Source: Candidatus Methanomethylophilaceae archaeon
GTDB lineage: Archaea > Thermoplasmatota > Thermoplasmata > Methanomassiliicoccales > Methanomethylophilaceae
Reading direction: 5' to 3'
DNA: 64,000 nucleotides
NCBI GenBank assembly: GCA_050950505.1
Contig: JBMNHS010000001.1
Location: forward strand, 736,001-800,000
Made by a program: the position numbers and the translations under genes. Of this stretch, positions 20,828 through 30,630 are shown in pieces; the first letter of the stretch is position 1, and each line of letters opens with the position of its first letter. Below the pieces are notes generated by a model that saw only the letters and a program-made list of their open reading frames with translations, was not told where the DNA came from and did not search any database.

Positions 20828-21574
20828 ATGGTAACGTCGGAAGAGTTCCTGAAAGGCCCGTACTCCGATGCCCGGATAGGTATAGGGCGGGGTTCCGATT
20901 CAGGCAATGTCGAGAAAAGCGTTGAAGCGTTCAAAGATCTCGAAATTGTGATTTATGACGACCCATTGCCTTTGGCCAACGATTTGGCGACCGGGGAAAT
21001 CGATGCCGCAATCCGCGGAGACATGTCTTCATCCATTCTGCTTCCGGCAATCAAAGACGCCCTTTGTCTGAACACTTTGGAAAGAGTCGTTCTCATGGAG
21101 CCTGTGGGCGGAGAACTGTTCCTGCTGTCGCCTGTGGGCATAGACGAAGGATGGACGGTCCAACAGAGATTCGTTCTTGCCGTCAATTCCGTGGGATTGG
21201 CCAAAAGAATAGGGCTGGGGACCAAAATCGCGGTAATGTCCGGCGGAAGGTGCGAGGATTACGGCAGATGCAGAGCCGTCAACGACAGCATAGACGATGC
21301 CCTGATATTGGCAAAAATGCTGACCAACGAAGGCTATGACGCATATCACTCCCAGATACTGATAGAAGAAGCCGTCAAGAAAGCGGACATCGTGATAGCC
21401 CCCGAAGGGATATCCGGAAATCTTCTGTTCAGATCTATGCATCTGGTGGGAAACGCAAAAGCGTTGGGTGCCCCGATAGTAAATTCGGAAAAGGTGTTCA
21501 TAGACACGTCCAGAGCAAAAACGGACTATCGGGATTCAATAGCGCTGGCACTAAAACTTGTGGAGAATAAATAA
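20828..21574 (+). CDS. mtxX: Methanogenesis marker protein Mmp4/MtxX
   Basis: DAAIRG, PVGIDEG, VMSGGR..D.GR, PEGISGNL.FR and DTSR. Confidence 0.88.
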   Translation: MVTSEEFLKGPYSDARIGIGRGSDSGNVEKSVEAFKDLEIVIYDDPLPLANDLATGEIDAAIRGDMSSSILLPAIKDALCLNTLERVVLMEPVGGELFLLSPVGIDEGWTVQQRFVLAVNSVGLAKRIGLGTKIAVMSGGRCEDYGRCRAVNDSIDDALILAKMLTNEGYDAYHSQILIEEAVKKADIVIAPEGISGNLLFRSMHLVGNAKALGAPIVNSEKVFIDTSRAKTDYRDSIALALKLVENK

Positions 21575-22047
21575 TGCAATTGGAAATAGACGGAGAATAC
21601 TCCGGAATCAGGTTTTCGGCATGTCACTTCATCCCCATGCACGACAAATGTTCCCGTCTTCACGGACACTCTTATGTCGTCCGTTTGAGGCTGGACGGAG
21701 AAATAGGGGATAACGGGATGCTTATGGATTTCGTCGTTCTTAAGAAAGAACTGAGGTCCATGATGTCTTCGATGGATCACAGAACCCTGTTGCCCGGGAA
21801 ATCAAAAGAAGTTAAAATCGCGGAAAAAGACGGATCCGTTGAAGTCATCACCTGCGGAAAACGTTATGTTTTTCCCTCGGAAGACGTCGTCATATTGGAC
21901 ATACCGCATACGACGGCTGAAGAAATGGCCAAGATGATGGTCGGACAGATGATTGAAAACGTGGATTTCCCCGACAACGTCAAAGCGGTTTCCATAGGTC
22001 TTGACGAAGAAAGAGGCCAGACCGCGTGGTATACGGAGGAACTCTGA
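21574..22047 (+). CDS. queD: 6-carboxytetrahydropterin synthase
   Basis: FSACH, KCSRLHGHSY, MDF, DHR and TTAE. Confidence 0.9.
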   Translation: MQLEIDGEYSGIRFSACHFIPMHDKCSRLHGHSYVVRLRLDGEIGDNGMLMDFVVLKKELRSMMSSMDHRTLLPGKSKEVKIAEKDGSVEVITCGKRYVFPSEDVVILDIPHTTAEEMAKMMVGQMIENVDFPDNVKAVSIGLDEERGQTAWYTEEL

Positions 22048-22715
22048 TGCCGAAAGCCGTGGTTCTTCTGTCGGGAGGATTGGATTCGACCACCACTTTG
22101 GCCATGGCCCTGAATGACGGATCGGAAGTGTTTCCGATAAGTTTCAGATACGGGCAAAGACACGACAAAGAATTGCGGTCCGCATCGGAGATATGCGAAC
22201 ATTACGGCGTAAAACACACAATCATAGACATCGATTTATCCTCCTTTCAATCGGCATTGACCAATCCGGACATAGATGTGCCCCATGACAGGAAAGGGGC
22301 GTTGGACGCGGAAATCCCCGTGACGTACGTCCCGGCCAGAAACATAGTGTTTCTGAGCATCGCGGCGGGACTCTGCGAATCTGTGGGGGCGGACAGGATA
22401 TACATCGGAGCGAACGTTGTGGATTATTCCGGTTATCCGGATTGCCGGCCCGAGTTTTTCGATTCTTTCGAGAACATGCTTACGAAAGGAACCAAGGCCG
22501 GAGTGGAAGGAAACCCGATAAAAATCATGACTCCTATTTTGAACATGTCCAAAGCGGACATAGTCAGAACGGCCAAAAAACTGAACGTCCCACTTCACCT
22601 GACCTGGTCTTGTTACGAAGGAAACGACAAAGCCTGCGGGAAGTGCGATTCCTGCATACTCAGGCTGAAAGGATTCAAAGAGGCGGGATACGAAGACGAC
22701 ATCGAATACGGGTGA
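22047..22715 (+). CDS. queC: 7-cyano-7-deazaguanine synthase
   Basis: LSGGLDS, YVPARN, YPDCRPEF and SCY..CGKCDSC. Confidence 0.96.
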   Translation: MPKAVVLLSGGLDSTTTLAMALNDGSEVFPISFRYGQRHDKELRSASEICEHYGVKHTIIDIDLSSFQSALTNPDIDVPHDRKGALDAEIPVTYVPARNIVFLSIAAGLCESVGADRIYIGANVVDYSGYPDCRPEFFDSFENMLTKGTKAGVEGNPIKIMTPILNMSKADIVRTAKKLNVPLHLTWSCYEGNDKACGKCDSCILRLKGFKEAGYEDDIEYG

Positions 22716-22718
22716 ATC

Positions 22719-23339
22719 ATGAGAATAACCGAAACCTTCACTTCGCTGCAGGGCGAAGGGCTCAAAATGGGCGTTCCGACTTATTTCATAAGAACCGCCG
22801 GTTGCAATCTCGATTGCAGTTGGTGCGATACCAAATACGCCTTCGGAGAAGGGACGGAACGGGATATACGGGATTTGGTCAGGGAATGCAATGTGTCCCA
22901 CGTATGCGTGACCGGAGGGGAACCGATGTTGCAGGATGAACTTCCGGAGCTCATCGGTTTGTTGCTGTCCGAAGGCAAACACATAGTTTTGGAGACCAAC
23001 GGATCTGTGGACATAAGCAATCTTCCGAAGGACGGGAATTTGATGATAAGCATGGATGTCAAGTGTCCTTCGTCGGGGATGTCAGACCGGACGATACTGT
23101 CAAACCTGCGGAATCTTACGATGAAAGACCAACTCAAATTCATCATCGAAGACAACGGGGATTTTGAATACGCCGTGGAAACATTGAAAAAACATTCCCC
23201 GGAAACCAATGTAATCTTTTCACCGGTGGGCGGAATGAATCTGAAACCTCTTGCCGAAGAGGTGCTGTCGAGAGGACTCGACGTAAGGGTGTTGCCGCAG
23301 CTTCACAAAATAATCTGGGGAGACAAACGTTCAGTCTGA
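22719..23339 (+). CDS. queE: 7-carboxy-7-deazaguanine synthase (radical SAM)
   Basis: SLQGEG, GCNLDCSWCDT, TGGEP, ETNG and QLHK. Confidence 0.95.
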   Translation: MRITETFTSLQGEGLKMGVPTYFIRTAGCNLDCSWCDTKYAFGEGTERDIRDLVRECNVSHVCVTGGEPMLQDELPELIGLLLSEGKHIVLETNGSVDISNLPKDGNLMISMDVKCPSSGMSDRTILSNLRNLTMKDQLKFIIEDNGDFEYAVETLKKHSPETNVIFSPVGGMNLKPLAEEVLSRGLDVRVLPQLHKIIWGDKRSV

Positions 23340-23699
23340 ACCTTCGGAACCCAGGGCTTCGAATTTCTTTCTGCGTTCGTAACGTCTTTTGAAATCGTTG
23401 ACGCTTTCTTCGACGGTCCCTTCTTCGTCTGCGGAAACGGTGATTCCCGCATCCGAGAGTATTTCGTAACCGTGAGGTCCGATCCCTCCGACGATGATCG
23501 CATCGACGCCAAGATCCACGATGGCCTTCGCAACCAGCATTCCCGCCCCCGATACTGAGTCTTTGTGTTCGTTTTCCACAACCACGTAGTCGAGAGTGTC
23601 CATGTCGACAATCAGGAAATAAGGTGCGTGGCCAAAATCATCGGCCACATAAGAGTCCAGCGTATCCCCCTCGGAAATAACGCCTATTTTCATACTCAC
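23331..23699 (-). CDS. NifX/NifB-like Fe-Mo cofactor-binding family protein
   Basis: FGHAPYF.IVD, EN...GAG and GGIGP. Confidence 0.85.
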   Translation of the reverse strand: MSMKIGVISEGDTLDSYVADDFGHAPYFLIVDMDTLDYVVVENEHKDSVSGAGMLVAKAIVDLGVDAIIVGGIGPHGYEILSDAGITVSADEEGTVEESVNDFKRRYERRKKFEALGSEGSD

Positions 23700-24517
23700 T
23701 TCACCGTTTCGACAATCTTGTCTATTATGGATCTGAACGCCTTTCCCGAAGGGGAATCCGGCGCATCCATAACCACAGGTTTTCCCATGTCTCCGGATTT
23801 CACGACGGAGGGCTCCAAAGGAACTTTTCCGAGGAACTGTATCCCGAATTCTTTCGCGACGGCCTCTCCGCCGCCGCTCTTGAAGATATCCGTGATTTCT
23901 CCGCAGTGCGGACAGGCAAACCCGCTCATGTTCTCGATTATTCCGATTATGGGTATCCCGACTTCATTCACGAAGGATATGGACTTGCGGCTGTCTATAA
24001 GGGACATGTCCTGAGGGGTGGTCACTATTACCGCTCCGTCAGCTTTGGGAATCAGCTGAATGATCGACAAAGCTTCGTCCCCGGTTCCCGGAGGCATATC
24101 GACAATCAGAAAATCCAGTTTTCCCCATTGGACGTCTTCTATGAACTGCCGGACCGCCGTCATCTTGACGGGGCCTCTCCACAGAACGGGAGTGTCCTTG
24201 GTCGGCAAAAGGAAAGCCATCGACATTACCTTCAAAGAAGGAGGTATCGGAATGGGAACCAGTTTTTCGTTCTGAACATCAAGTTTTCTGTCTTCTATAC
24301 CGAACATTTTTGGGATACTGGGTCCTGAAATGTCGATATCCATGAGACCGGTCTCATATCCCGCATAAGACAGCGCGCTCGCCAGATTGGAAGATACGGT
24401 GCTCTTTCCAACTCCGCCTTTTCCGCTGAGAACTATAATCACATGTTTGATTTTCGCAAGACTTTCGTTGAGTCTCGTGTCTTCCTCAATTTTATCCGCG
24501 CTGATTACTCCAGCCAT
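23696..24517 (-). CDS. Mrp/NBP35 Fe-S cluster carrier ATPase
   Basis: SGKGGVGKST, WRGP, DMPPGTGDE and ENMS.F.CPHC. Confidence 0.95.
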   Translation of the reverse strand: MAGVISADKIEEDTRLNESLAKIKHVIIVLSGKGGVGKSTVSSNLASALSYAGYETGLMDIDISGPSIPKMFGIEDRKLDVQNEKLVPIPIPPSLKVMSMAFLLPTKDTPVLWRGPVKMTAVRQFIEDVQWGKLDFLIVDMPPGTGDEALSIIQLIPKADGAVIVTTPQDMSLIDSRKSISFVNEVGIPIIGIIENMSGFACPHCGEITDIFKSGGGEAVAKEFGIQFLGKVPLEPSVVKSGDMGKPVVMDAPDSPSGKAFRSIIDKIVETVK

Positions 24518-24580
24518 ACAAATCGCTCCCGTCAGCACCGTATAATCTTAATAGTCTATCGGTTAAAAACCCTCATCGCA

Positions 24581-25015
24581 ATGAATATAACCCCGGGATT
24601 GCATGAACGACTCATGCCTCTAGGAGATCCGCAAGGCGGAGATTTTGAATATACGGACGAAGGCTTGCCGGAAAACATAACCGCCGTACGCGTCCCCACG
24701 AAGAATCTTTCCGCCGGAATGAAGTTTTATACCGAACTTCTCGGCATGGACGCCGTTGTCAAAAAGGAGAACTACGCGGTGCTTAAGAGGGGTTCTGCGG
24801 TGATACTCATGGAACTTTCGGACAACGTGGGTGTCGATACAGGATTCTATATCGGGGTTGACGACCCTTATGCCCTTCACAGGAGACTGATAGACGAAGG
24901 CGTCATTTTTATGGTCGATCCCGAAGCGAGTCCCGTGGGCGTATACACTTCGTTCAGAGACTATGACGGCAACATCATACGTGCCGTGGACATGCACGCC
25001 GTGGATTTCTTCTGA
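24581..25015 (+). CDS. VOC/glyoxalase family protein
   Basis: FYTELLG and FRDYDGN motifs; ATG at 24581. Confidence 0.8.
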   Translation: MNITPGLHERLMPLGDPQGGDFEYTDEGLPENITAVRVPTKNLSAGMKFYTELLGMDAVVKKENYAVLKRGSAVILMELSDNVGVDTGFYIGVDDPYALHRRLIDEGVIFMVDPEASPVGVYTSFRDYDGNIIRAVDMHAVDFF

Positions 25016-25017
25016 AA

Positions 25018-26244
25018 TCAGTTCCCTAAATCGGCAATGCTGATCGCTTCGGCGATTTTGTCCTCAAGTTCTTTTGGAAGACCTTCTATGCCCCCGGAAA
25101 GGAATCCGCTCACAATCATACTGACCGCATCGTCTTCGGAAAGTCCTCTGGACATCAGATACTCGATTTGATCCCGGGCAATTTTTCCCACCGCGGCTTC
25201 GTGCGTCATTTCCAAGTCCGCGACGTTGGCTTCCAGTTCGGGAATGGCAATGGAACTTCCGGTTTCCGACAGTATTATGCTTTTGCACTCGAGATGCGCT
25301 TTGACCCCGGGGCAGTTGCCCACCAACCGTCCCCTTGCAATCATCTTCCCGCCGACGATTATGCTTCTGCTGACAATCTCGGAAGAAGTGTTTTTTGCGT
25401 TCAGGTTCACCACCGAACCGCTGTCTATGTCCGAATCTGTCTGTGCAATGCACATGGAATTGAACTTGACGGAAGAACCTTCTCCGTTAATGTTCGCCAC
25501 CGGATTGGACTGAAGAGTCCCGACATCCTCCAGAATGACGTAGTTGTTCGTATAATTGGAATTGGCCCCGATGTTGATGGCCGTTCTCGGTCTGACGACG
25601 GTTTCCTTTCCCCAGTTGTGTATCATCGAAAAAGTGAGGTCGGAATTGTCTCCGATGAACATCTCGGTGATTCCCACATGCATGGAACCCCCGGCGTGGG
25701 GGCTCGTCGCGCAACCGGTTATAAGACTCGCGGAAGCGCCGTCTTCGACGACTACGATGTTGTGGACGTTCTGAACGGTGTTGGCGGAGTCCACAAGCAT
25801 GCAGGTCTGAATGGGTTCTTCGATGCGGTATCCGGATTTGATTCTTATGAAATAACCGTCGGATTCTTCCAAGTATGCGAGAGCCGTATACTTGTCCCGA
25901 TCCGGTTCCACGGCGCTCCAGGCGTAATCCTTGACCCATTCATATTTTTTGACGGCGTTGGCCGTGGACATTATTTCGACGCCCTCGGGAGTTTTGGAAG
26001 AACAGTGTCCCAGGGAGTTGTCTATGAACATGATTGTGGCGGCACGGGAGTCTTCGTCGGCGGTCACGCCGACGCTTTCCATGGTCTCCTTGAAAACGTT
26101 CCCGGATCCTTTCAAATCGTCGATGACGTCTCTGTCCCGTCGGCCTATTTCGTATTTCGAAAGATCGACATCGTCACCGTATGCCGCTTTCTTTTTCAAA
26201 GCCTCCTTCACTCTGGAATCATTACTTCCTTGCATACTCCGCAA
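25018..26244 (-). CDS. sufB: SufB/SufD-family Fe-S scaffold
   Basis: QNVHN, TGC, MIHNW, HLECK and THEAAVGKI..YLMSRG. Confidence 0.9.
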   Translation of the reverse strand: MRSMQGSNDSRVKEALKKKAAYGDDVDLSKYEIGRRDRDVIDDLKGSGNVFKETMESVGVTADEDSRAATIMFIDNSLGHCSSKTPEGVEIMSTANAVKKYEWVKDYAWSAVEPDRDKYTALAYLEESDGYFIRIKSGYRIEEPIQTCMLVDSANTVQNVHNIVVVEDGASASLITGCATSPHAGGSMHVGITEMFIGDNSDLTFSMIHNWGKETVVRPRTAINIGANSNYTNNYVILEDVGTLQSNPVANINGEGSSVKFNSMCIAQTDSDIDSGSVVNLNAKNTSSEIVSRSIIVGGKMIARGRLVGNCPGVKAHLECKSIILSETGSSIAIPELEANVADLEMTHEAAVGKIARDQIEYLMSRGLSEDDAVSMIVSGFLSGGIEGLPKELEDKIAEAISIADLGN

Positions 26245-26972
26245 TCCCCGTATCCTTTGGTTTTTATCTTTTTAAGCAGGTCGGCAGGTCTTCCGGTGCA
26301 GCGGATCCTTCCTTCTCCCATAACATAAGCTTTGTCCGCTCCGATATAGTCCAATATCTGTCCGGTATGCGTGATTACCAAGGCGGACACCCTTTTGGGA
26401 GTGCTCTTTTTGCAGTTCTTTTTTTGATAAAGCAAGTCTCTGACTTTGTTTCCTATGAGATCGATGCTCTGTAAATCCACGCCGGATTCCGGTTCGTCCA
26501 GCAATATCAGTTCGGGACCCTGGGCGGTGAGTTGCAACAATTCGGACCTTTTGATTTCCCCTCCCGAGAATCCCACATTGACGTCTCTGTCCAGAAATCC
26601 GTCCATTCTGAAATCTTCGGCTTTTCCGAGGATTTCCTCCGCACAGTCTTCGCGGGCGGTGGTGGCAATCAGTTTTCCCAATTTCACCCCGGTGACGTTG
26701 GGAGGCCGCTGCATCATCATGCCTATGCCGAGCTCTGCGCGTTCGTTTACCGGAAGATCGGTGATATCAGTGCCCCTGAACAGAATATGGCCTTCGGTAA
26801 TCCTGTTGGTGCTGTAGCCCATGATTGCTGACAACAACGTGGATTTGCCGGAGCCGTTGGGTCCGAAAAGTATGCAGGTTTCGCCCTCTTCGATTACAAG
26901 GTCGACCCCCTTCAGAATCTCTCTTCCGCCGGCTTCGGCATGAAGATTTCTGATTTCGAGCATATTCGCCAT
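26208..26972 (-). CDS. sufC: SufC-like ABC ATPase
   Basis: GPNGSGKST, NVGFSGGE.KRSE and LDEPESG. Confidence 0.92.
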   Translation of the reverse strand: MANMLEIRNLHAEAGGREILKGVDLVIEEGETCILFGPNGSGKSTLLSAIMGYSTNRITEGHILFRGTDITDLPVNERAELGIGMMMQRPPNVTGVKLGKLIATTAREDCAEEILGKAEDFRMDGFLDRDVNVGFSGGEIKRSELLQLTAQGPELILLDEPESGVDLQSIDLIGNKVRDLLYQKKNCKKSTPKRVSALVITHTGQILDYIGADKAYVMGEGRIRCTGRPADLLKKIKTKGYGDCGVCKEVMIPE

Positions 26973-27099
26973 GTTGACGGTTACAGGTAATCATTCGTTT
27001 AAAACTTTGTTTGCGACAAACCCCGTGATAAAACAGGATACGGCGGAGCGACGTCGGAAGCAAACAAAGAATTATACATTGGTCGTATATTTTCGCATC

Positions 27100-27678
27100 A
27101 TGAAGGTCATTGCACTGAACGGCAGTCCCCGTCTGCTGGGAAACACGTCAAACATCGTCATGGACATGCTTGACGGATTCGCCAAAGAAGGCATCGAGAC
27201 GGAACACATCCAACTCTTTTCTTACAATTTCATCGCATGCAACGATTGCAGATCCTGCGAAATGCGCGGAGACGGCAGATGCATTCACGAAGATGACGAA
27301 CTCAATAACATCATGGACAAGATGAGGAAGGCCGATGCAATCCTCTTTGCCAGTCCCGCATATTACGGCACTGTGACGTCGCAGATGAAAGTGTTTTTGG
27401 AGAGGGCCGGACTGTCTTTCGAAACCGGCGACCTGGGTCTCAGACGCAAAGTCGGAGGGGCGGTGGCGGTCGCCGCCCATGACGGCGCGAGCACCGCTTA
27501 TTCCGAGATGGTCAATTTCATGCTGAGAAATCAGATGATTGTCTGCGGTTCCACTCCCCAGACTGTTTTCAGAGCCCTCAATTCCCCTCAGTATCTGGAA
27601 GACAAAGGCGCCGTGAAGGCGATATCCACCCTGGTAAAGGAAATGATTTGGGCCATGGAACAGCTTCAGAAGAAGTAA
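27100..27678 (+). CDS. Iron-sulfur flavoprotein (flavodoxin family)
   Basis: NGSPR..GNT, CNDCRSC..C and ASPAYYG; ATG at 27100. Confidence 0.88.
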   Translation: MKVIALNGSPRLLGNTSNIVMDMLDGFAKEGIETEHIQLFSYNFIACNDCRSCEMRGDGRCIHEDDELNNIMDKMRKADAILFASPAYYGTVTSQMKVFLERAGLSFETGDLGLRRKVGGAVAVAAHDGASTAYSEMVNFMLRNQMIVCGSTPQTVFRALNSPQYLEDKGAVKAISTLVKEMIWAMEQLQKK

Positions 27679-28388
27679 AACCCGCAGCCTTCTTCGACGG
27701 AAATATTGGCCACGGCTTCCATCCTTTCCACGGGACCCGAATACCGTCTGGTCATCATTTTTCCCTCTATAGGGAGGGCCTTTTTCAAAATTTCCAATTC
27801 TTCGAGGAGTTTTTTTCCGTCTTCGGAGGTAAACACTTTGCCTTCGGCGGCGCTTTCAGGAACCGATGCGACGATGGGGCATCCGTGTCTTCCGGCTATT
27901 TCCGGCAGTAAACTGTCATCGGGTCCGAAAGTGCCGATGCATCCTCTTCCTTTGTCCCAGGACACTTTGCAGGCGGCGCAGGTATCTCTCGTTTCGTCGA
28001 AGGAAATCATTTCCCACTCTGTGGTGCGGTTTTCCGGCAAGGAGTCCGCTATGGCTTCTTCCCGGGCGGTTTCGTCAAGTTTGGAAAGATCCACCCATCC
28101 GGAATAGGATTCCTCGGCCAGAGGGCTCAGCAAAGACGCATCATCTTCGTTTTTCAGAAGATCCATGTGCACGTTTTCGGTGTTCTTGTTCAGTTTGTTC
28201 CTTTTGCGGAAAGCCTCCCAATCGCCGACGGCATTTTCCGCCGCCGCTTTCGGCACCACTCGGAGCACCTCCGCCGCATCCCCGAATCTTTCGGGGTTGG
28301 CCGCGAGCACTCTGACCAGTGTGAGTTTTTTGTCTCTGCAAAGAGCGCCGGGGCACTCCAATTCCTTAATCGCTATGTTTATTCCCAT
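27666..28388 (-). CDS. Hypothetical Cys-motif protein
   Basis: 240 aa with CPGALC, CAAC..GC and GCP; overlaps the upstream gene. Confidence 0.75.
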   Translation of the reverse strand: MGINIAIKELECPGALCRDKKLTLVRVLAANPERFGDAAEVLRVVPKAAAENAVGDWEAFRKRNKLNKNTENVHMDLLKNEDDASLLSPLAEESYSGWVDLSKLDETAREEAIADSLPENRTTEWEMISFDETRDTCAACKVSWDKGRGCIGTFGPDDSLLPEIAGRHGCPIVASVPESAAEGKVFTSEDGKKLLEELEILKKALPIEGKMMTRRYSGPVERMEAVANISVEEGCGFYFF

Positions 28389-29469
28389 CTGCCGATTCCT
28401 CCAATTTTCTCAGATAGCCGTTACGCTTGCGTCCGAACGACGCAACCGCGGCCAAGAGCTTGAAGAGGATGTACAACAGTATTATTATGATTACTGACAG
28501 AACAATTTCATAGGAAGTTATCACGTATTCTTCTATTTCGAACAGAATTTCCGATTCGAAGGGGACGACAATATCGCCCATTTCAAAAATCATCAGCACC
28601 CAGACGAACATATATGCAAGACTCATTGTCTTGAAAACGAGCCAGGCTTTGTTGCCCGCGCTGTAGAAATGGGTAAAGAATCCGAGAATCACGACAGGTA
28701 TTCCGTAATACGAGAATCTGTACAGCAATCCCGCAAGGAAATCCACGATTTCGTCGTCTATTTCATAGTCCAGTTTTTCGAGCAGGAGTTCCGAATAATT
28801 TATCAGAACATAGGGAATCAGCACTATCACCAACAATCCCACGACAACGGAAAGCAAACCCTTGCCCAAGGAACCTTTTCCGAGATCCTCTCTGAATGTG
28901 GTGTTTACCGAAGGTTTGAATTCCCGGTCGGCCCTGGCGGTGTTGTATTTTTCCATGTACTTGTCGCGGTTGCTCCCGTACTTCGTGAAGGCTATAACCA
29001 TCTTCAGCAGAATCAGGATATACATGATAATGATGAAGCCCTTAATCGAAAGCAGAAGGTTAATCGCACCAACGGGGAAATCTTCATCCACCATGGAAGA
29101 AAGATCCAGGGAAACGGACATAGTGCCGCCTTCGAATATCAGGTATATCCACATCAGGGAATATCCCAGGGATATCAGTGTGAACAGCAGTTTTGCCTTG
29201 CTTCCCTTGTCATACGCTTTGTTGAAAAACGCCAACGCGACTATGGGCAAACCGTAAATCGCGAATCTGTAAATCATGTCTCCGAAGGATTCAATCAAAC
29301 CCTCAAGTCCTTCGACATCGGAAACTTCCATGAAATACTCCAGGAAGTACAAAACCACAAAGGGCAGGACAACTATCGTAATGAGACTCACAATAGCCGA
29401 AACCGTGCCGCGCCCCCAAGAGCCGAATCTCAAATCTTGTCCCAGGGTGGTGCTTTCCGTGCCGCTCAT
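28366..29469 (-). CDS. Polytopic membrane protein with internal duplication
   Basis: About 8 TM segments in two similar halves. Confidence 0.8.
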   Translation of the reverse strand: MSGTESTTLGQDLRFGSWGRGTVSAIVSLITIVVLPFVVLYFLEYFMEVSDVEGLEGLIESFGDMIYRFAIYGLPIVALAFFNKAYDKGSKAKLLFTLISLGYSLMWIYLIFEGGTMSVSLDLSSMVDEDFPVGAINLLLSIKGFIIIMYILILLKMVIAFTKYGSNRDKYMEKYNTARADREFKPSVNTTFREDLGKGSLGKGLLSVVVGLLVIVLIPYVLINYSELLLEKLDYEIDDEIVDFLAGLLYRFSYYGIPVVILGFFTHFYSAGNKAWLVFKTMSLAYMFVWVLMIFEMGDIVVPFESEILFEIEEYVITSYEIVLSVIIIILLYILFKLLAAVASFGRKRNGYLRKLEESADGNKHSD

Positions 29470-30545
29470 GCGAACGCCTCCATGAAAGCTTCCATGATTT
29501 CAATCAACTGGGCGAAACTGTCCTTGTCCAATTCCAAAGTTTCCGTGGTCCCCTCGACTTCGATTTCTATTCCATAATCTCCGCTGTCGTACTTTTCTTT
29601 CAGAGCCTCGACAATGGTCTTCGTTCCGTCGGTTTCCGCGACGAGGGACAGTCCGTCCGTGTCGTCGTTCTTTATCGTTATATCCACGTCGCCCACGGTA
29701 ATGTTAATCTCTTCCGGAAGGTCTATGGGGAAATCATCCAGTTTCTCATCCATTTTTATCTCGATTCTGTTTTCGGTGACGGTTTTCGTCATGCTTATTG
29801 CCGGCATTCCTTCGAAAACATCAATGTTTACTTCGGCATAAACCGAAGCTCCGGCCAACCCGTAGAAATATTTGCCGGAAATTTCAATGCCCAAAATGAG
29901 ATCCAGGGAATCGTCGCTTCCGGACATCACGGTAAGCATGGCATTGAGCATGTTGACTTTGAGGCTGACCGGCAATGCGGCGGATTTTCCGGCCTTGATT
30001 GTAGTGGGTGCCCCCTCGAGAATTTTGTAATCCACGGTGCCTTTGTCATTGAGCAGACTTATTCCGAGGTCTATATCCATCAAATCATACCTGAGTTCGT
30101 TCCGAATCCTGATTTCGGTGAATATGCTGATACTCATTTCGTCGGATTCTTTCATAATCATGGACTGGACGAGGGTTTTGTTGTCCGCCCCTTTCAGAAC
30201 AACGATTGCATCTTCGTCAATCAATGCCAGGTTTTCGATTTCAGTAATGGAATCGTCAATGTCGCCCTCCTGATTGGACGGTGTTATTTCATGAATCAAT
30301 GCAGAATTCGACTTTTGGACGACCTGAACCGTGTAATCTACGTTGTTCTCGTTCAAAGCGCTCCTGATGTTATCTCTGAAAAGATCGGCGGAATCGGTGA
30401 CCGGGTATTCGGAATCGGTTCCGATTTCAAATTCAAGAGGAAATTCGTCCAAATTGTCGGGAACGACCCCTGCGGCAACGAACACAATCACCCCTACCAC
30501 AGCTATGGCATAGACTGCGTGCATTATCGCGTTATAAGTCTTCAT
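29466..30545 (-). CDS. Membrane-anchored acidic extracellular protein
   Basis: N-terminal TM helix followed by a beta-rich acidic region. Confidence 0.75.
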   Translation of the reverse strand: MKTYNAIMHAVYAIAVVGVIVFVAAGVVPDNLDEFPLEFEIGTDSEYPVTDSADLFRDNIRSALNENNVDYTVQVVQKSNSALIHEITPSNQEGDIDDSITEIENLALIDEDAIVVLKGADNKTLVQSMIMKESDEMSISIFTEIRIRNELRYDLMDIDLGISLLNDKGTVDYKILEGAPTTIKAGKSAALPVSLKVNMLNAMLTVMSGSDDSLDLILGIEISGKYFYGLAGASVYAEVNIDVFEGMPAISMTKTVTENRIEIKMDEKLDDFPIDLPEEINITVGDVDITIKNDDTDGLSLVAETDGTKTIVEALKEKYDSGDYGIEIEVEGTTETLELDKDSFAQLIEIMEAFMEAFA

Positions 30546-30630
30546 GGGGGATAATGACGATGTAAATTTAAATTAACCGTTATTCATATCGGAAAATATG
30601 ATTAAGATGACCGTTGATTAAGGGTTGATT

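Noticed and set aside
21574-23339. queDCE as a Dpd DNA-modification defence system
   Set aside because: There is no dpdA/tgt paralog or island context, and archaeosine precursor synthesis explains the genes.
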